Positions 29,806 to 39,821 of a stretch of 64,000 nucleotides of DNA are shown piece by piece. The first letter of the stretch is position 1, and each line of letters begins with the position of its first letter. A program made the translations under genes and the position numbers. Source of the DNA: Ignavibacteria bacterium. Lineage in GTDB: Bacteria; Bacteroidota; Ignavibacteria; Tepidaquicellales; OLB5. Where the stretch lies: positions 1,300,411 to 1,364,410 of the forward strand of contig JAFLBX010000002.1 in the NCBI GenBank assembly GCA_017303675.1, given 5' to 3'. The notes beneath the pieces were generated by a model. The model was not told the DNA's origin. It did no database searches and was given only the letters and a program-made list of their open reading frames with translations.

Positions 29806-30154
29806 TTAACACATCGTAAACTTTTTCAAATTCCATAGCCTTGTCAAAAAAATGCATGGCACCAAGCCTTTCGCATTTATCACGGTAATACTGATAATTC
29901 AAATTAGAAAGAACAATCACATATGGTTTGTTTTCCAGTCCTGAAATATCTTCCAGAACTTTTATACCATGCCCCATCTTCAAAGAGATATCCAGGATAA
30001 CATAATCAGGATGAAGCTCTTTGATCATTTTAACGGCGGTATAACCATCACTGGCACGTCCTTCAATCTTGATATTTTCTATCGGCTCGAGCAGCTTCGT
30101 TAGTTTTTGAACCACAAGATCAGAATCTTCGACAATCAGCATATTGTAAGGCAT
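29765..30154 (-). CDS. Single-domain response regulator (REC)
   Basis: LIVEDS, ILDISL, FDKA. Confidence 0.85.
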   Translation of the reverse strand: MPYNMLIVEDSDLVVQKLTKLLEPIENIKIEGRASDGYTAVKMIKELHPDYVILDISLKMGHGIKVLEDISGLENKPYVIVLSNLNYQYYRDKCERLGAMHFFDKAMEFEKVYDVLNERSKQKENAANS

Positions 30155-30279
30155 TTAAAATTAATTTTCATTTTCCTTACAACAAATATAAATTAAACTG
30201 ATTACGTTTTGTAAGAGCAGAAAAAATGATTAAAATGTAGTTAAATATGCTACAAATTCAAACTATAAGTATGTATATA

Positions 30280-30924
30280 TCAATCAATTAAATTATTATG
30301 CATTGCATACTGAGTAAGCTCTACGTTAGAACTCATACTTAATTTTTCAAGTATTCTTGCCCTGTATGTATTGACAGTATGTACACTAATTGAAAGTTCT
30401 CCCGCAATATCAATAGCTTTTTTGCCGGAAGCAATTTTAATAAATACATCATATTCACGGTCAGAAAGCTGTTCATGAGGCATTTTATCCATATCATCCG
30501 ATAAAATATCAGCGAGTTTTTCAGCAAGGGCTTTACTTACATATTTTCGGCCAGTCAGAACTGTCCTGATAGCTTTTACAAGTTCATCCGGGGCACTTTC
30601 TTTGGTTAAATAACCGGCAGCTCCTGCTTTAAGTGCCCTTATTGCGAACCTGTCTTCAGGATGCATGCTTAATATAAGTATCCTGTATTTTTTCTTCATC
30701 GCTTTAAGATCTTTAAGTACATCCAGTCCGCTTTTTCCTGGCATTGAAATATCCATTATAGCAACATCTGGCTCAAGTTCCCTTATTATATTCAGGGCAT
30801 CATTTGCGTTAGAAGCCTCCCCAACAATTTTCATATCAATTTCATCCTGGATGGTTTTTTTTATTCCTTCTCTCAGGAATGAATGGTCATCGGCAATTAT
30901 AATTCTGATAATATTTTCACTCAT
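30280..30924 (-). CDS. NarL/LuxR-family response regulator
   Basis: IADDH, MDISMPGKSG, LSDRE...TVNTYRARILEKL HTH. Confidence 0.92.
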   Translation of the reverse strand: MSENIIRIIIADDHSFLREGIKKTIQDEIDMKIVGEASNANDALNIIRELEPDVAIMDISMPGKSGLDVLKDLKAMKKKYRILILSMHPEDRFAIRALKAGAAGYLTKESAPDELVKAIRTVLTGRKYVSKALAEKLADILSDDMDKMPHEQLSDREYDVFIKIASGKKAIDIAGELSISVHTVNTYRARILEKLSMSSNVELTQYAMHNNLID

Positions 30925-33900
30925 TTTTATTCAGCGGTATTAAAATTTTTAAAATTGTACCTTCACCTTTTTTACCTTCAATAGAAAGCTTTCCGTTTAC
31001 AGAATATGCCCTTTCCTTTATTCCAACAAGTCCCAAAGATTTAGCATTATCAATTTCTTCTTTTGTTATTCCTTTTCCGTTATCTTCAATGGAAACACTT
31101 AATACATCACCGGCAATTGAAATGCTGATCTTTGAACGGGTCGCATGAGAGTGTCTGGCTACATTTGTGAGCGATTCCTGAATAATCCTGAAAATCGTAT
31201 TTTCCAGAAGCCTGTCAAAATTGAAATCAGCTGAAGGCAATGAAACTATACAATCAATCCCTGTTCGCTTCGTAAATTCTTCTGCCTGCCATTCTATTGC
31301 TTCTTTTAGTCCCAGCTTATCCAGTACATCAGGTCTGAGCTCACGCGCAATCCTTCTAATTGAAGCTATTGTCTGATCGGTTATTTCACTCATGGATTTC
31401 AGCCCTTTTGAAAGCTCATCCCATTCATCTTTGCCGGTAAGCCTTATCTTGTCAATTTTCCTTGAAAGAAATGCTATATCCATTTTAAGTGCAGTAAGCT
31501 CCTGTCCAAGCTGATCATGAATTTCCCGTGATATCATTGTTCGTTCTTCTTCCCTGATAGTCTGCAAATGGGCAGCCAATGCATGCAGCTTTTGATTGGT
31601 GACCCTTATTTTTTCTTCTGAACGGATCTTTTCAGTAATATCGGTTGCAATAAAAGTAATACTTTCTATAATGTTATCTCTTAACTGCGGCACAGCCTGT
31701 ACTGAATAATAATTACCACCATCATTTTCCGAGCTCTTAACAGTGAAGCTCTCGGCTAATCCGGAAGTAAATATCTTTTTAATAATTTCTTTGATGCGGG
31801 GAATTTCATCCGTATGGATAAGAGCATAACCATCAGTACCAATAATTTCATCCCTGTCAACTCTGGTACTTAAAGATCGGTTAATACTGGTTACTTTTAC
31901 ATTTTTATCAACTGTAAAGATCAGACTTGGAGAATTTTCGAATAATGAGCGCCACTTTTCTTCGCTTTCTTTAAGTTCATTTTCCATCTTTCGTCTGTAA
32001 GTAATATCGATCATACTTCCTACCATCCTGCAGGGAATTCCGTTATTATCCTTAATTATATAGCTTCGGTCAAAAACATATGCATAAGTACCGTCTTTTT
32101 TCCGGAAGCTGTATTCATCGAACCAGAATTCATGCCCGGAATTAATAGCATTGTTAACACCTGTTAATATCCTCTCTTTATCATCATCATGGATCCTGGA
32201 AGTCCATGATACAGAGGTCTTTTCAATTTCGGAATCCTTATATCCGAAAAGATCTTTAAATCCTTCGTTCCACCATAGTTCATCTGTGCGCAGGTCCCAG
32301 TCCCATAATGCATCATTTGTTGCCCTTGTAATAAGCGAAAACCGTTCATTCATTTCAAGGATCTCGCGCTGAGCTCGCTTCTGCTCGGTAAGATCCCTGA
32401 AAAATACCTGCGCACCTTTTACTCCGTTATGACTATATGGTATTGCAAGAACCATGACTTCAATTTCCGAACCATCAACCTTCCTGAATTTTTCCTCTAA
32501 TTCGGGAGCGGTTTTTCCTGCATCAATATCTTCAAGTCTTTTTTTAACTATTTTTTTAAATTCCGGTTGAATTATATCAAAGATATCTTTGCCAACTATT
32601 TCTTTATGTGATGAAGCTCCCAGCATCCTGAAGCCTTCAGGATTAATGTATGTAATTTTTCCTTCAAGATGTGTATAAATTCCTACTGGAGCCTTTTCTA
32701 CTATATTTTTATACCTGTCTTCAATAATTTTCTGCTGGTTTTCAAGCTCTATATATTCCAACGCAAATGATATATCTTCTGCAAGCTCTAGAAGCAGCTC
32801 TGTTTCTGTCGAACCGAAAAACTGTTTTTTTTCTGAATAAATATTATAAACTGCAACAACCTTATTTTTTATTTCAATGGGGAAGACTGCAAAAGCTCTG
32901 AAGCCCATTTTGATAGTTTCATCTTTCCATTTCCTCAGCAGAGCGTCATTTTCCACATCATTACTTACATAATAAATATTATCCCTGAAAGCTCTAACTA
33001 TCGGACCCGCTGTGTTTTCATTTTCATTTACCGATATGCTTATCTTCTCCAGGTAATCAAGATGCTCGCCGTATTTATATGCAGGAATAACATCTCCTGT
33101 TTTTTCATCTACTATACCTATCCAGGCCATTTTAAAATGACCGTATTCTACTGCAAGGCGGCAGGCATCGGTGAGGATCTGTTCTTTATCGCTGGCTCTT
33201 ACAATAAGCTGATTCATATTTGTTAATAAAGAATAAACCCTGTTGTGGTACTTAATTCTTTCTCCGGATTCGAACCTTTCAGTAATATCAAGTGATGTGC
33301 CGAACATCCCCTGGAACTTACCTTCCGGGGTTTTGTTTACTATACAATTGGTTAACAGATGTTTTTCTTTTCCTTTAGAATCAGTTATCCTGCTTTCATA
33401 CTGCAATACCTCTCTGCCGCTTAGCGCTGAATCAATCATTGCCTTTTTATCTTCATCAATCTGTTCACTGGTCGCGAAATCTGTAAACTTTTTCCCGATC
33501 ATTTCTTCAGGATCGAGACCATAAATTGTTTTGGAAGCATTATTCACAAAGGTTATTACATTTTCAGAATCTGTAGCCCAAATAAGTTCATGCGAAGTTT
33601 CAACCAGTGTTCTGTATTTGCTTTCACTGCTGATCAGCTTCTTTTCAATTTCTTTCCTGATAGAAAGATCATGTACAATCTGGATAAACTGAATGCTGTC
33701 TGCTTTTACTACTGCTTTAATGCTGACTTCTACCGGGAACAGCGAACCATCCTTTTTCCTGTGATTAACTTCATATGAGCTTCCGAATCCTTTAAGGGCA
33801 TTATCCATCTGCATTTTTATGAAATTCTCATCATTATATTCATGCAAAGAAACCAGCTGCATCTTAATAAACTCTGCCTGAGTAAAACCGTAAAGAGCGG

Positions 33901-34243
33901 AAGCTTTTGAGTTAGCTTCAATTATCATGTAATTCTTATCAATAAGAAAAATGGGGTCGTTAGCATTATCATAAATATTTTTCCATTTTTCTTCCGATTC
34001 CTTGATCTCATCTTCCAGTTTTTCGCGTATTTTTTCACGCCTGTTGATCATAAAATAAAGGATCAATGAAGTACTTACGATAAAGAAAAGCCCTTTATAC
34101 AGCTCAAACATCGGGCCATGATCAGAGCCTTCAGTAAAATATTCTACAGCTTTTCCTGAAATTGTAATCCATAAAATACCGATTATCAGATATGTAATAG
34201 TGATAAAAAGCGCAGAGGAACGTATTTTTGTTTTATGAATCAA
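30917..34243 (-). CDS. Membrane sensor kinase: 2 TM, 5 PAS, 1 GAF, HisKA_3, HATPase (TTG start)
   Basis: REIHDQLGQ H-box; QESLTNVARHS; DNGKG; GLVGIKER. Confidence 0.9.
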   Translation of the reverse strand: MIHKTKIRSSALFITITYLIIGILWITISGKAVEYFTEGSDHGPMFELYKGLFFIVSTSLILYFMINRREKIREKLEDEIKESEEKWKNIYDNANDPIFLIDKNYMIIEANSKASALYGFTQAEFIKMQLVSLHEYNDENFIKMQMDNALKGFGSSYEVNHRKKDGSLFPVEVSIKAVVKADSIQFIQIVHDLSIRKEIEKKLISSESKYRTLVETSHELIWATDSENVITFVNNASKTIYGLDPEEMIGKKFTDFATSEQIDEDKKAMIDSALSGREVLQYESRITDSKGKEKHLLTNCIVNKTPEGKFQGMFGTSLDITERFESGERIKYHNRVYSLLTNMNQLIVRASDKEQILTDACRLAVEYGHFKMAWIGIVDEKTGDVIPAYKYGEHLDYLEKISISVNENENTAGPIVRAFRDNIYYVSNDVENDALLRKWKDETIKMGFRAFAVFPIEIKNKVVAVYNIYSEKKQFFGSTETELLLELAEDISFALEYIELENQQKIIEDRYKNIVEKAPVGIYTHLEGKITYINPEGFRMLGASSHKEIVGKDIFDIIQPEFKKIVKKRLEDIDAGKTAPELEEKFRKVDGSEIEVMVLAIPYSHNGVKGAQVFFRDLTEQKRAQREILEMNERFSLITRATNDALWDWDLRTDELWWNEGFKDLFGYKDSEIEKTSVSWTSRIHDDDKERILTGVNNAINSGHEFWFDEYSFRKKDGTYAYVFDRSYIIKDNNGIPCRMVGSMIDITYRRKMENELKESEEKWRSLFENSPSLIFTVDKNVKVTSINRSLSTRVDRDEIIGTDGYALIHTDEIPRIKEIIKKIFTSGLAESFTVKSSENDGGNYYSVQAVPQLRDNIIESITFIATDITEKIRSEEKIRVTNQKLHALAAHLQTIREEERTMISREIHDQLGQELTALKMDIAFLSRKIDKIRLTGKDEWDELSKGLKSMSEITDQTIASIRRIARELRPDVLDKLGLKEAIEWQAEEFTKRTGIDCIVSLPSADFNFDRLLENTIFRIIQESLTNVARHSHATRSKISISIAGDVLSVSIEDNGKGITKEEIDNAKSLGLVGIKERAYSVNGKLSIEGKKGEGTILKILIPLNKNE

Positions 34244-34520
34244 AAGGTAATATTAAATTTCAGCTAATAAAATAATTCCAAAATAAATTTCAGAACTAAT
34301 GCTGTTAATTCTTCATTATGTTACCGGACAATTTGTAATAAATTTTTAATAAATTTGCAGGGTTGCAGATTTGTACAAAAAAATTGAAAATTATAGTCCT
34401 GCAAAATCGCATTTGTAATATAAATAATAATTTAATTATATAATATGCTATACAGGAAAACCGTTAGATAACTGATAATCCATTAAGATAAAGAAGAAAA
34501 TTAAAATATCCGGATAATAA

Positions 34521-35810
34521 TCAATTATTCATAATTTGTTCTATTTCTTCTGCCTCAACAGGAATACCGGCCATCAGGTCAACATTTCCATTTTCTGTTA
34601 TAAGAATATCGTTTTCAATTCTTATGCCAAGCTTTTCATCCCTGATATAAATACCGGGTTCGCAGGTCAACACCATTCCCGGTTTTAAAGGTTCTGTAAA
34701 AATACCTACATCATGAACGCCAAGCCCAAGAAAATGAGATACATCATGGGGATAATACTTTTTAAATTCAGAAGATTTAGCCTTAATATTCTTTACATCA
34801 ACAGGTTTTACCAGTTTAAGATCAACAAGCTCTTTTGCTATTAATTCCCTTGTTATCATAATTATCTCTTTAACAGTTAAACCTGGTTTCATTTCTGCTA
34901 TGGTGCCTTTCATAGCTCTTAAAACTGCATTATAAACATCTTTTTGACGTTTTGCAAATTTACCGTTAACAGGAACTGATCTTGTCATATCAGCATTATA
35001 GTTTGCCCAGCCGGCAGCAACATCAAGAAGTATTATATCACCGTCATTGCATGGATCATCATTTTTAATATAATGTAAAAAGCAGGCATTTTCACCTGAA
35101 GCAATAATAGGTTCGTAGTCAGCAAAAGATGCACCCTGTTTTATGAATTCATGTGCAAGCTCTGCCTGCACTTCATACTCCATTACCCCGGGTTTAATGA
35201 ATTTCAAAAGTCGTCTGAAGCCATCACCGGTTATATCACATGCCTTGCGGATTAGTTCAATTTCAGTATTTGATTTAACTGCACGTAACCCGTAAATCAG
35301 CGGTGATATGCGGTGATAATTATGCAGAGGATAGTATTTTTTACAGAAGCCAATAAATCTGGCATCTCTTGATTCAACAATATTTTTTGACCTGTCATGG
35401 TCATTAGTATTAAGATAAATATCTGAAACAGAGCACATTGTATCATGCAATGCATCTTCGAATCGGGAAAGCTCATAAACAGTTTTAATTCCCGATATCT
35501 CCGAAGCATCAGCAGGAGAAAGCTTTTTCCCTTCCCAAACTTCAAGATCCGGGTTATGATCACGAATAAATAATACTTCCCTAAGCTCCGGGTTTTTATT
35601 CCCCGGATTCAGTAACAATATAGTTTCTTCCTGCTGAATTCCTGTCAGGTAAAAAAGATCGCTGTTTTGAATAAATTTCATTGTCCCGTCTGCATTTGAG
35701 GGCATATTATCGTTCGAATTAAAAATTGCAGCAGAATCCGGTAACATTAACGATGCAAGACGTTTTCTGTTTTCAGTAAAGAAAGAGCTGTTTATGTTTA
35801 TTTTTTTCAT
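34521..35810 (-). CDS. pepP: Xaa-Pro aminopeptidase (M24B)
   Basis: LLDVAA, ADMTRS, HFLGLGVHD, CEPGIY, RIENDI metal ligands. Confidence 0.88.
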   Translation of the reverse strand: MKKININSSFFTENRKRLASLMLPDSAAIFNSNDNMPSNADGTMKFIQNSDLFYLTGIQQEETILLLNPGNKNPELREVLFIRDHNPDLEVWEGKKLSPADASEISGIKTVYELSRFEDALHDTMCSVSDIYLNTNDHDRSKNIVESRDARFIGFCKKYYPLHNYHRISPLIYGLRAVKSNTEIELIRKACDITGDGFRRLLKFIKPGVMEYEVQAELAHEFIKQGASFADYEPIIASGENACFLHYIKNDDPCNDGDIILLDVAAGWANYNADMTRSVPVNGKFAKRQKDVYNAVLRAMKGTIAEMKPGLTVKEIIMITRELIAKELVDLKLVKPVDVKNIKAKSSEFKKYYPHDVSHFLGLGVHDVGIFTEPLKPGMVLTCEPGIYIRDEKLGIRIENDILITENGNVDLMAGIPVEAEEIEQIMNN

Positions 35811-35866
35811 TTATCTCAGGCAATAATGCCGGTTAATTTTGTTAAAAATTTTTCTAATGAAAATGA

Positions 35867-38800
35867 TCATATATTTCGGTCTTTATAATCTGCGCTTTTA
35901 AAATGTATCCTGAACTCAGTGCAGCCTGCTGTAACAATTTCTATTATTCCGTCAAGCTGTTTTACCAGGGTATTTACAAGCTTTAAACCGAATGAAGCTG
36001 AATTTTCAATATCAGGTTTTTGCTTCATACCTATTCCGTCATCTCTTATCAACAACCAGTATTCTTTGTTATACTCATCGTATGCAGCATTTATATAAAC
36101 ATTTCCTTTGCGGCCGTCAGGGAAAGCGTGTTTAAGCGAATTTGAAACTATCTCATTTATTATTAAGCCGGCAGGAATAGCATTATCAATTGACATGATC
36201 ATTCGGCTTACATCAGTTTTTATCTTCACCCTGTCTTCAAGAATACCGTATGAGTGCTGTAAATGAGTAGTAACAGTTTCAATATATTCTTTAAAATCAA
36301 TGTGAGCAAGGTCCTTAGTCTGGTACAACTTCTGGTGAATTAAGGACATAGATTGAACCCTGTTCTGGCTTTCTCTGAAAAGCTGTTTTATTTTATCATC
36401 TTTCACATACCCCGCCTGCAGCTTAAGCAAGCTGGTAACTATTTGCAGGTTATTTTTTACCCTGTGATGAATTTCCTTTAAAAGGATATCCTTTTCTACA
36501 AGTGAGCGTTTCAAAGCTTCTTCAGATTTTTTCTTTTCAGAAACATCCCGCTGAACACCCCATATACTTGTCAAAAGCCCGTTTTCAATTACTCCGGATA
36601 TATTTATAACAAAATATTTTTCCCTGCCCTCGGGATCGAATTCTGTTACTTCATCTTCTATAACGCTGTAATCATTCATAACGAATTTCATTATTCTGGA
36701 TGATTCATCAGGATTCTGGAATTTTAAGCTTGAAGTACTTTTCCCGATAATTTTTTCCGGATCGTCTTCATCATACATTTTGGAAAAAACACTGTTGCAT
36801 TCTGCTATATATACATGTTTCCGAATAAGCTCTACCTGTTCATCAACTGCCAGATCTACCGAAACCGGCTTTTTGAATTCAAGCCTGAAAATCCCTTCAG
36901 AGCTGTGTTCAACAAAATTGCGGTATTTAATTTCTGAAAGCCTGATCTTTTCCTGGTTCTTTTTGCTTTCAGTAATATCTGTAGCAATACCAAGCACTGC
37001 TTTTTTTCCGTTAAACTCAATAATTCTGGCACTGTAATTAAGCCATTTTTCCTCTTTGTTTTTTGCAATGATCTTCATTTCATAATTATCCGGAACATAT
37101 TCTCCTTTAAGCCTCTTTTCACCCCGTTCTCTTGCTGTTGATTTAAATTCTTCATGAACCAGGTCCCAGAAGTTTTTCTTCAGTATTTCTTCTGTCTTAT
37201 ATCCGGTTATTACTTCAGAATACGGGTTTGCATAAACAAATTTTTCATCCTGGAATATCACAACCTGGGCAGGCATTGATTCTGCAACAGCGCGGAATTT
37301 TTCTTCACTAAGCTTTATTAACTCATCAGATATCCTTCTGTCTGTCATATCCCTTTGAATACCAAGATATCCTGTAAAATAATTACTGCTGTTGTAAAGA
37401 CAGTAATAGTCGCCTTCTATAAACACTTTAGAACCATCGGGTTTTTTGAAGTATTCTTTAACATGAGAGTGTCCCTCATCAAGAAATAACTTCCATCTTT
37501 TTCGCGCAGCCTCTGTATCGGTTCCATAATAAGTGGATGTATTCAGCTTAAGCACCTCTTCAAGCCGTATCCCGAACTGTTCTGCAAGCGGTTGATTTGC
37601 GCGGATTATCCTTACATTTTTAATAATGTGTTCAAGCTCTGCTTCAGTGCTTTTTTTTCTGTTCCATTTAACTGGGGGGTCAATTTTTGCAATAAATATG
37701 CCGTCAAGTGACTGCTGGAAAAAAGCATCCAGATATTGTTTTGATTCAGTTAGAACTTCCTCTGATTCTTTTTGTTTATTTATATTAAGATAAACCTGGT
37801 TTACGGCTTCTATTGAACCATCTGCTGATCTGTCGGCATAGTGATAACTATCAAGCCAGATGATCTGACCGTTTTTATTCATGATCCTGTAAACAAGGTT
37901 CTTTAGTCCCCTGCTTCCATCTTTTATCCAACCGGTATATTCTTTCATTACACGCTCACGGTCATCTGCGTGGATCATTTTTTTATATTCCTGGTCAGTT
38001 AAGGCATTAAACTCTTCCAGTGTATAACCTGATTGTTTTATGAATTCGTCATTAACAAATTCATATTTATTTGACTTTATGAGAAGTCTCGTAAATGAAA
38101 GGGGTGAATTCTGTATCAGGTTTCGGTATTTAAGCTCACTTTCATACAGCGCTTTTTCAATATCAGTACCTTCAGAAACATCATTGAATACAGCAAGCAC
38201 CTCATTTTCAGAATACTTTATAAACCGAGTTTCATATTTAATTTTTAAGTCACCGGATCTAACAATGTGCTCTATTGAATGATCTTTTCCTGTCAATAAA
38301 GTATCTTCAATTAAGTGTGAAAATTTGTTACCGGTTTTGCCATGAAACACTTTTTTAATATCACTATTCAAAAAATGGCTGACCGGAAATTTTTCTTCAA
38401 AAGATTTTTGATTAATAGCTGTAATAATACCTTCGGAATCAATTATAAGTGCAGTTGAACCAATGGAATTAAACAGTACTTCGTTATACTGTTTAGTAAC
38501 TGCCAGCTGGTTTTCTGTTTCCCTGAGTTTTTTTTCAGCATCAAATCTGAATAATGCCATCCTAAGACAGGAATTTAGGTCACGGTCATTTAGTGGTTTA
38601 AGAAGAAATCCGTATGGGTTAGTGGATTTTGATCTTTCTATTGTTTCATCATCAAAATGAGCAGTAAGATATACTACGGGAAGTTTTTTTCTGATATTTA
38701 ACAGCCGGGCGGTCTCAATACCGTCAAGCTCACCTTTTAGTGTAATATCCATTAATATAATATCAGGGTCTGCTGAATCGATTACTTTTAAAACTTCTTC

Positions 38801-38911
38801 ACCACGGTCTTTAATGCCCACAATTTCATAGTTCAGCTTTTCCAGTGTACGCTTAATATCAAGCGCTGTAATAGCTTCATCTTCAACAATAAATACTTTT
38901 GCGATCGGCAT
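35867..38911 (-). CDS. Hybrid kinase: REC, 5 PAS, HisKA_2, HATPase (likely start MPIAK at 38911)
   Basis: FIVEDE, LMDITL, KEIHHRVKNNLQ, RDDGIG. Confidence 0.9.
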   Translation of the reverse strand: MPIAKVFIVEDEAITALDIKRTLEKLNYEIVGIKDRGEEVLKVIDSADPDIILMDITLKGELDGIETARLLNIRKKLPVVYLTAHFDDETIERSKSTNPYGFLLKPLNDRDLNSCLRMALFRFDAEKKLRETENQLAVTKQYNEVLFNSIGSTALIIDSEGIITAINQKSFEEKFPVSHFLNSDIKKVFHGKTGNKFSHLIEDTLLTGKDHSIEHIVRSGDLKIKYETRFIKYSENEVLAVFNDVSEGTDIEKALYESELKYRNLIQNSPLSFTRLLIKSNKYEFVNDEFIKQSGYTLEEFNALTDQEYKKMIHADDRERVMKEYTGWIKDGSRGLKNLVYRIMNKNGQIIWLDSYHYADRSADGSIEAVNQVYLNINKQKESEEVLTESKQYLDAFFQQSLDGIFIAKIDPPVKWNRKKSTEAELEHIIKNVRIIRANQPLAEQFGIRLEEVLKLNTSTYYGTDTEAARKRWKLFLDEGHSHVKEYFKKPDGSKVFIEGDYYCLYNSSNYFTGYLGIQRDMTDRRISDELIKLSEEKFRAVAESMPAQVVIFQDEKFVYANPYSEVITGYKTEEILKKNFWDLVHEEFKSTARERGEKRLKGEYVPDNYEMKIIAKNKEEKWLNYSARIIEFNGKKAVLGIATDITESKKNQEKIRLSEIKYRNFVEHSSEGIFRLEFKKPVSVDLAVDEQVELIRKHVYIAECNSVFSKMYDEDDPEKIIGKSTSSLKFQNPDESSRIMKFVMNDYSVIEDEVTEFDPEGREKYFVINISGVIENGLLTSIWGVQRDVSEKKKSEEALKRSLVEKDILLKEIHHRVKNNLQIVTSLLKLQAGYVKDDKIKQLFRESQNRVQSMSLIHQKLYQTKDLAHIDFKEYIETVTTHLQHSYGILEDRVKIKTDVSRMIMSIDNAIPAGLIINEIVSNSLKHAFPDGRKGNVYINAAYDEYNKEYWLLIRDDGIGMKQKPDIENSASFGLKLVNTLVKQLDGIIEIVTAGCTEFRIHFKSADYKDRNI

Positions 38912-39048
38912 AACCTTAATTGAATTGTGGTATGATAAACAGTGATGACCAGTACACTGTTGAAACAAAATTAACTACAATTTTGAATAAAAAAACCCAT
39001 TAATTTTGTATTTTTAATATATTTACGGTATAAACTGTAAAAAACAAT

Positions 39049-39078
39049 AAAAAAACCCGCCAAAATTGACGGGTTTTT
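39049..39078 (-). terminator. Terminator after tRNA-Thr
   Basis: AAAAACCCG...CGGGTTTTT hairpin. Confidence 0.7.
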
Positions 39079-39079
39079 A

Positions 39080-39155
39080 TGGAGCTGGCGAAGGGACTTG
39101 AACCCCCGACCTGCGCATTACAAGTGCGCTGCTCTACCAGCTGAGCTACGCCAGC
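39080..39155 (-). tRNA. tRNA-Thr(TGT), CCA encoded
   Basis: GCTGGCG acceptor, GCGCA-CTTGTAA-TGCGC, GGTTCAAGTCC, ends CCA. Confidence 0.95.
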
Positions 39156-39212
39156 AATTAAAACAGAATACAAACATAAAAATTTAATCAAAAATCTTCA
39201 ATACTTAAAAAA

Positions 39213-39821
39213 TTACATACTTTTCTCTAGTTCCAGGTATTTTTTTAGGCTCAAAAGTGCTTTAGCACGGTGTGAAATCCGGCTTTTTACTTCATTTGAT
39301 AACTCTCCAAAAGTATTTGAATACCCGGAAGGGATAAACAATGGATCATATCCAAATCCATTATTTCCTTTTATTGAAAAATCAATTCTTCCCTCACATA
39401 CTCCGTCAAAAAATCGTGAATTTTCTCCATCATATAAACACAGCACACACCTGAAACGGGCTGTCCTTCTGTCTTCCGGAGAATTACCAAGCTCAGCAAG
39501 CAGTTTTTCATTGTTACTGTTATCATTGGCGTTGATTCCGCTGTAACGGGCAGAATATATGCCGGGTTTACCGTCAAGAAGATCAACTTCAAGACCGGAG
39601 TCATCTGCAAGAACCGGGATCTTTACAATTTCATAAACAGCTTTAGCTTTAAGGAGTGCATTATCTTCAAAGGAATCACCTGTTTCTTCAATATCATGGA
39701 TCTCATGGGAATCAAGCATTGAAAATACTTCTATGCCGAATCCTGTAAGGTATGACCTGATCTCCGAGATCTTTCCTTTATTTTTTGAAGCAATAAATAT
39801 CTTCTTCATAAATTGTTTCAT
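39213..39821 (-). CDS. rdgB: dITP/XTP pyrophosphatase (HAM1)
   Basis: ASKNKGK, ADDSGL, PGIYSARY, GFGYDPLF, SHR. Confidence 0.93.
   Translation of the reverse strand: MKQFMKKIFIASKNKGKISEIRSYLTGFGIEVFSMLDSHEIHDIEETGDSFEDNALLKAKAVYEIVKIPVLADDSGLEVDLLDGKPGIYSARYSGINANDNSNNEKLLAELGNSPEDRRTARFRCVLCLYDGENSRFFDGVCEGRIDFSIKGNNGFGYDPLFIPSGYSNTFGELSNEVKSRISHRAKALLSLKKYLELEKSM

Noticed and set aside
34350-34420. TTGCAG/CTGCAA motifs between the HisKA_3 kinase and pepP
   Set aside because: Short, imperfect, irregular spacing; not distinguishable from chance
25763-39155. Genomic island between tRNA-Ser and tRNA-Thr
   Set aside because: No integrase, no long att duplication at these ends and no obvious compositional shift; both tRNA 3' ends point the same way and the only duplication is on the GIY-YIG side
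39000-39191. 63-aa ORF in the track
   Set aside because: It is a translation of tRNA-Thr and its terminator
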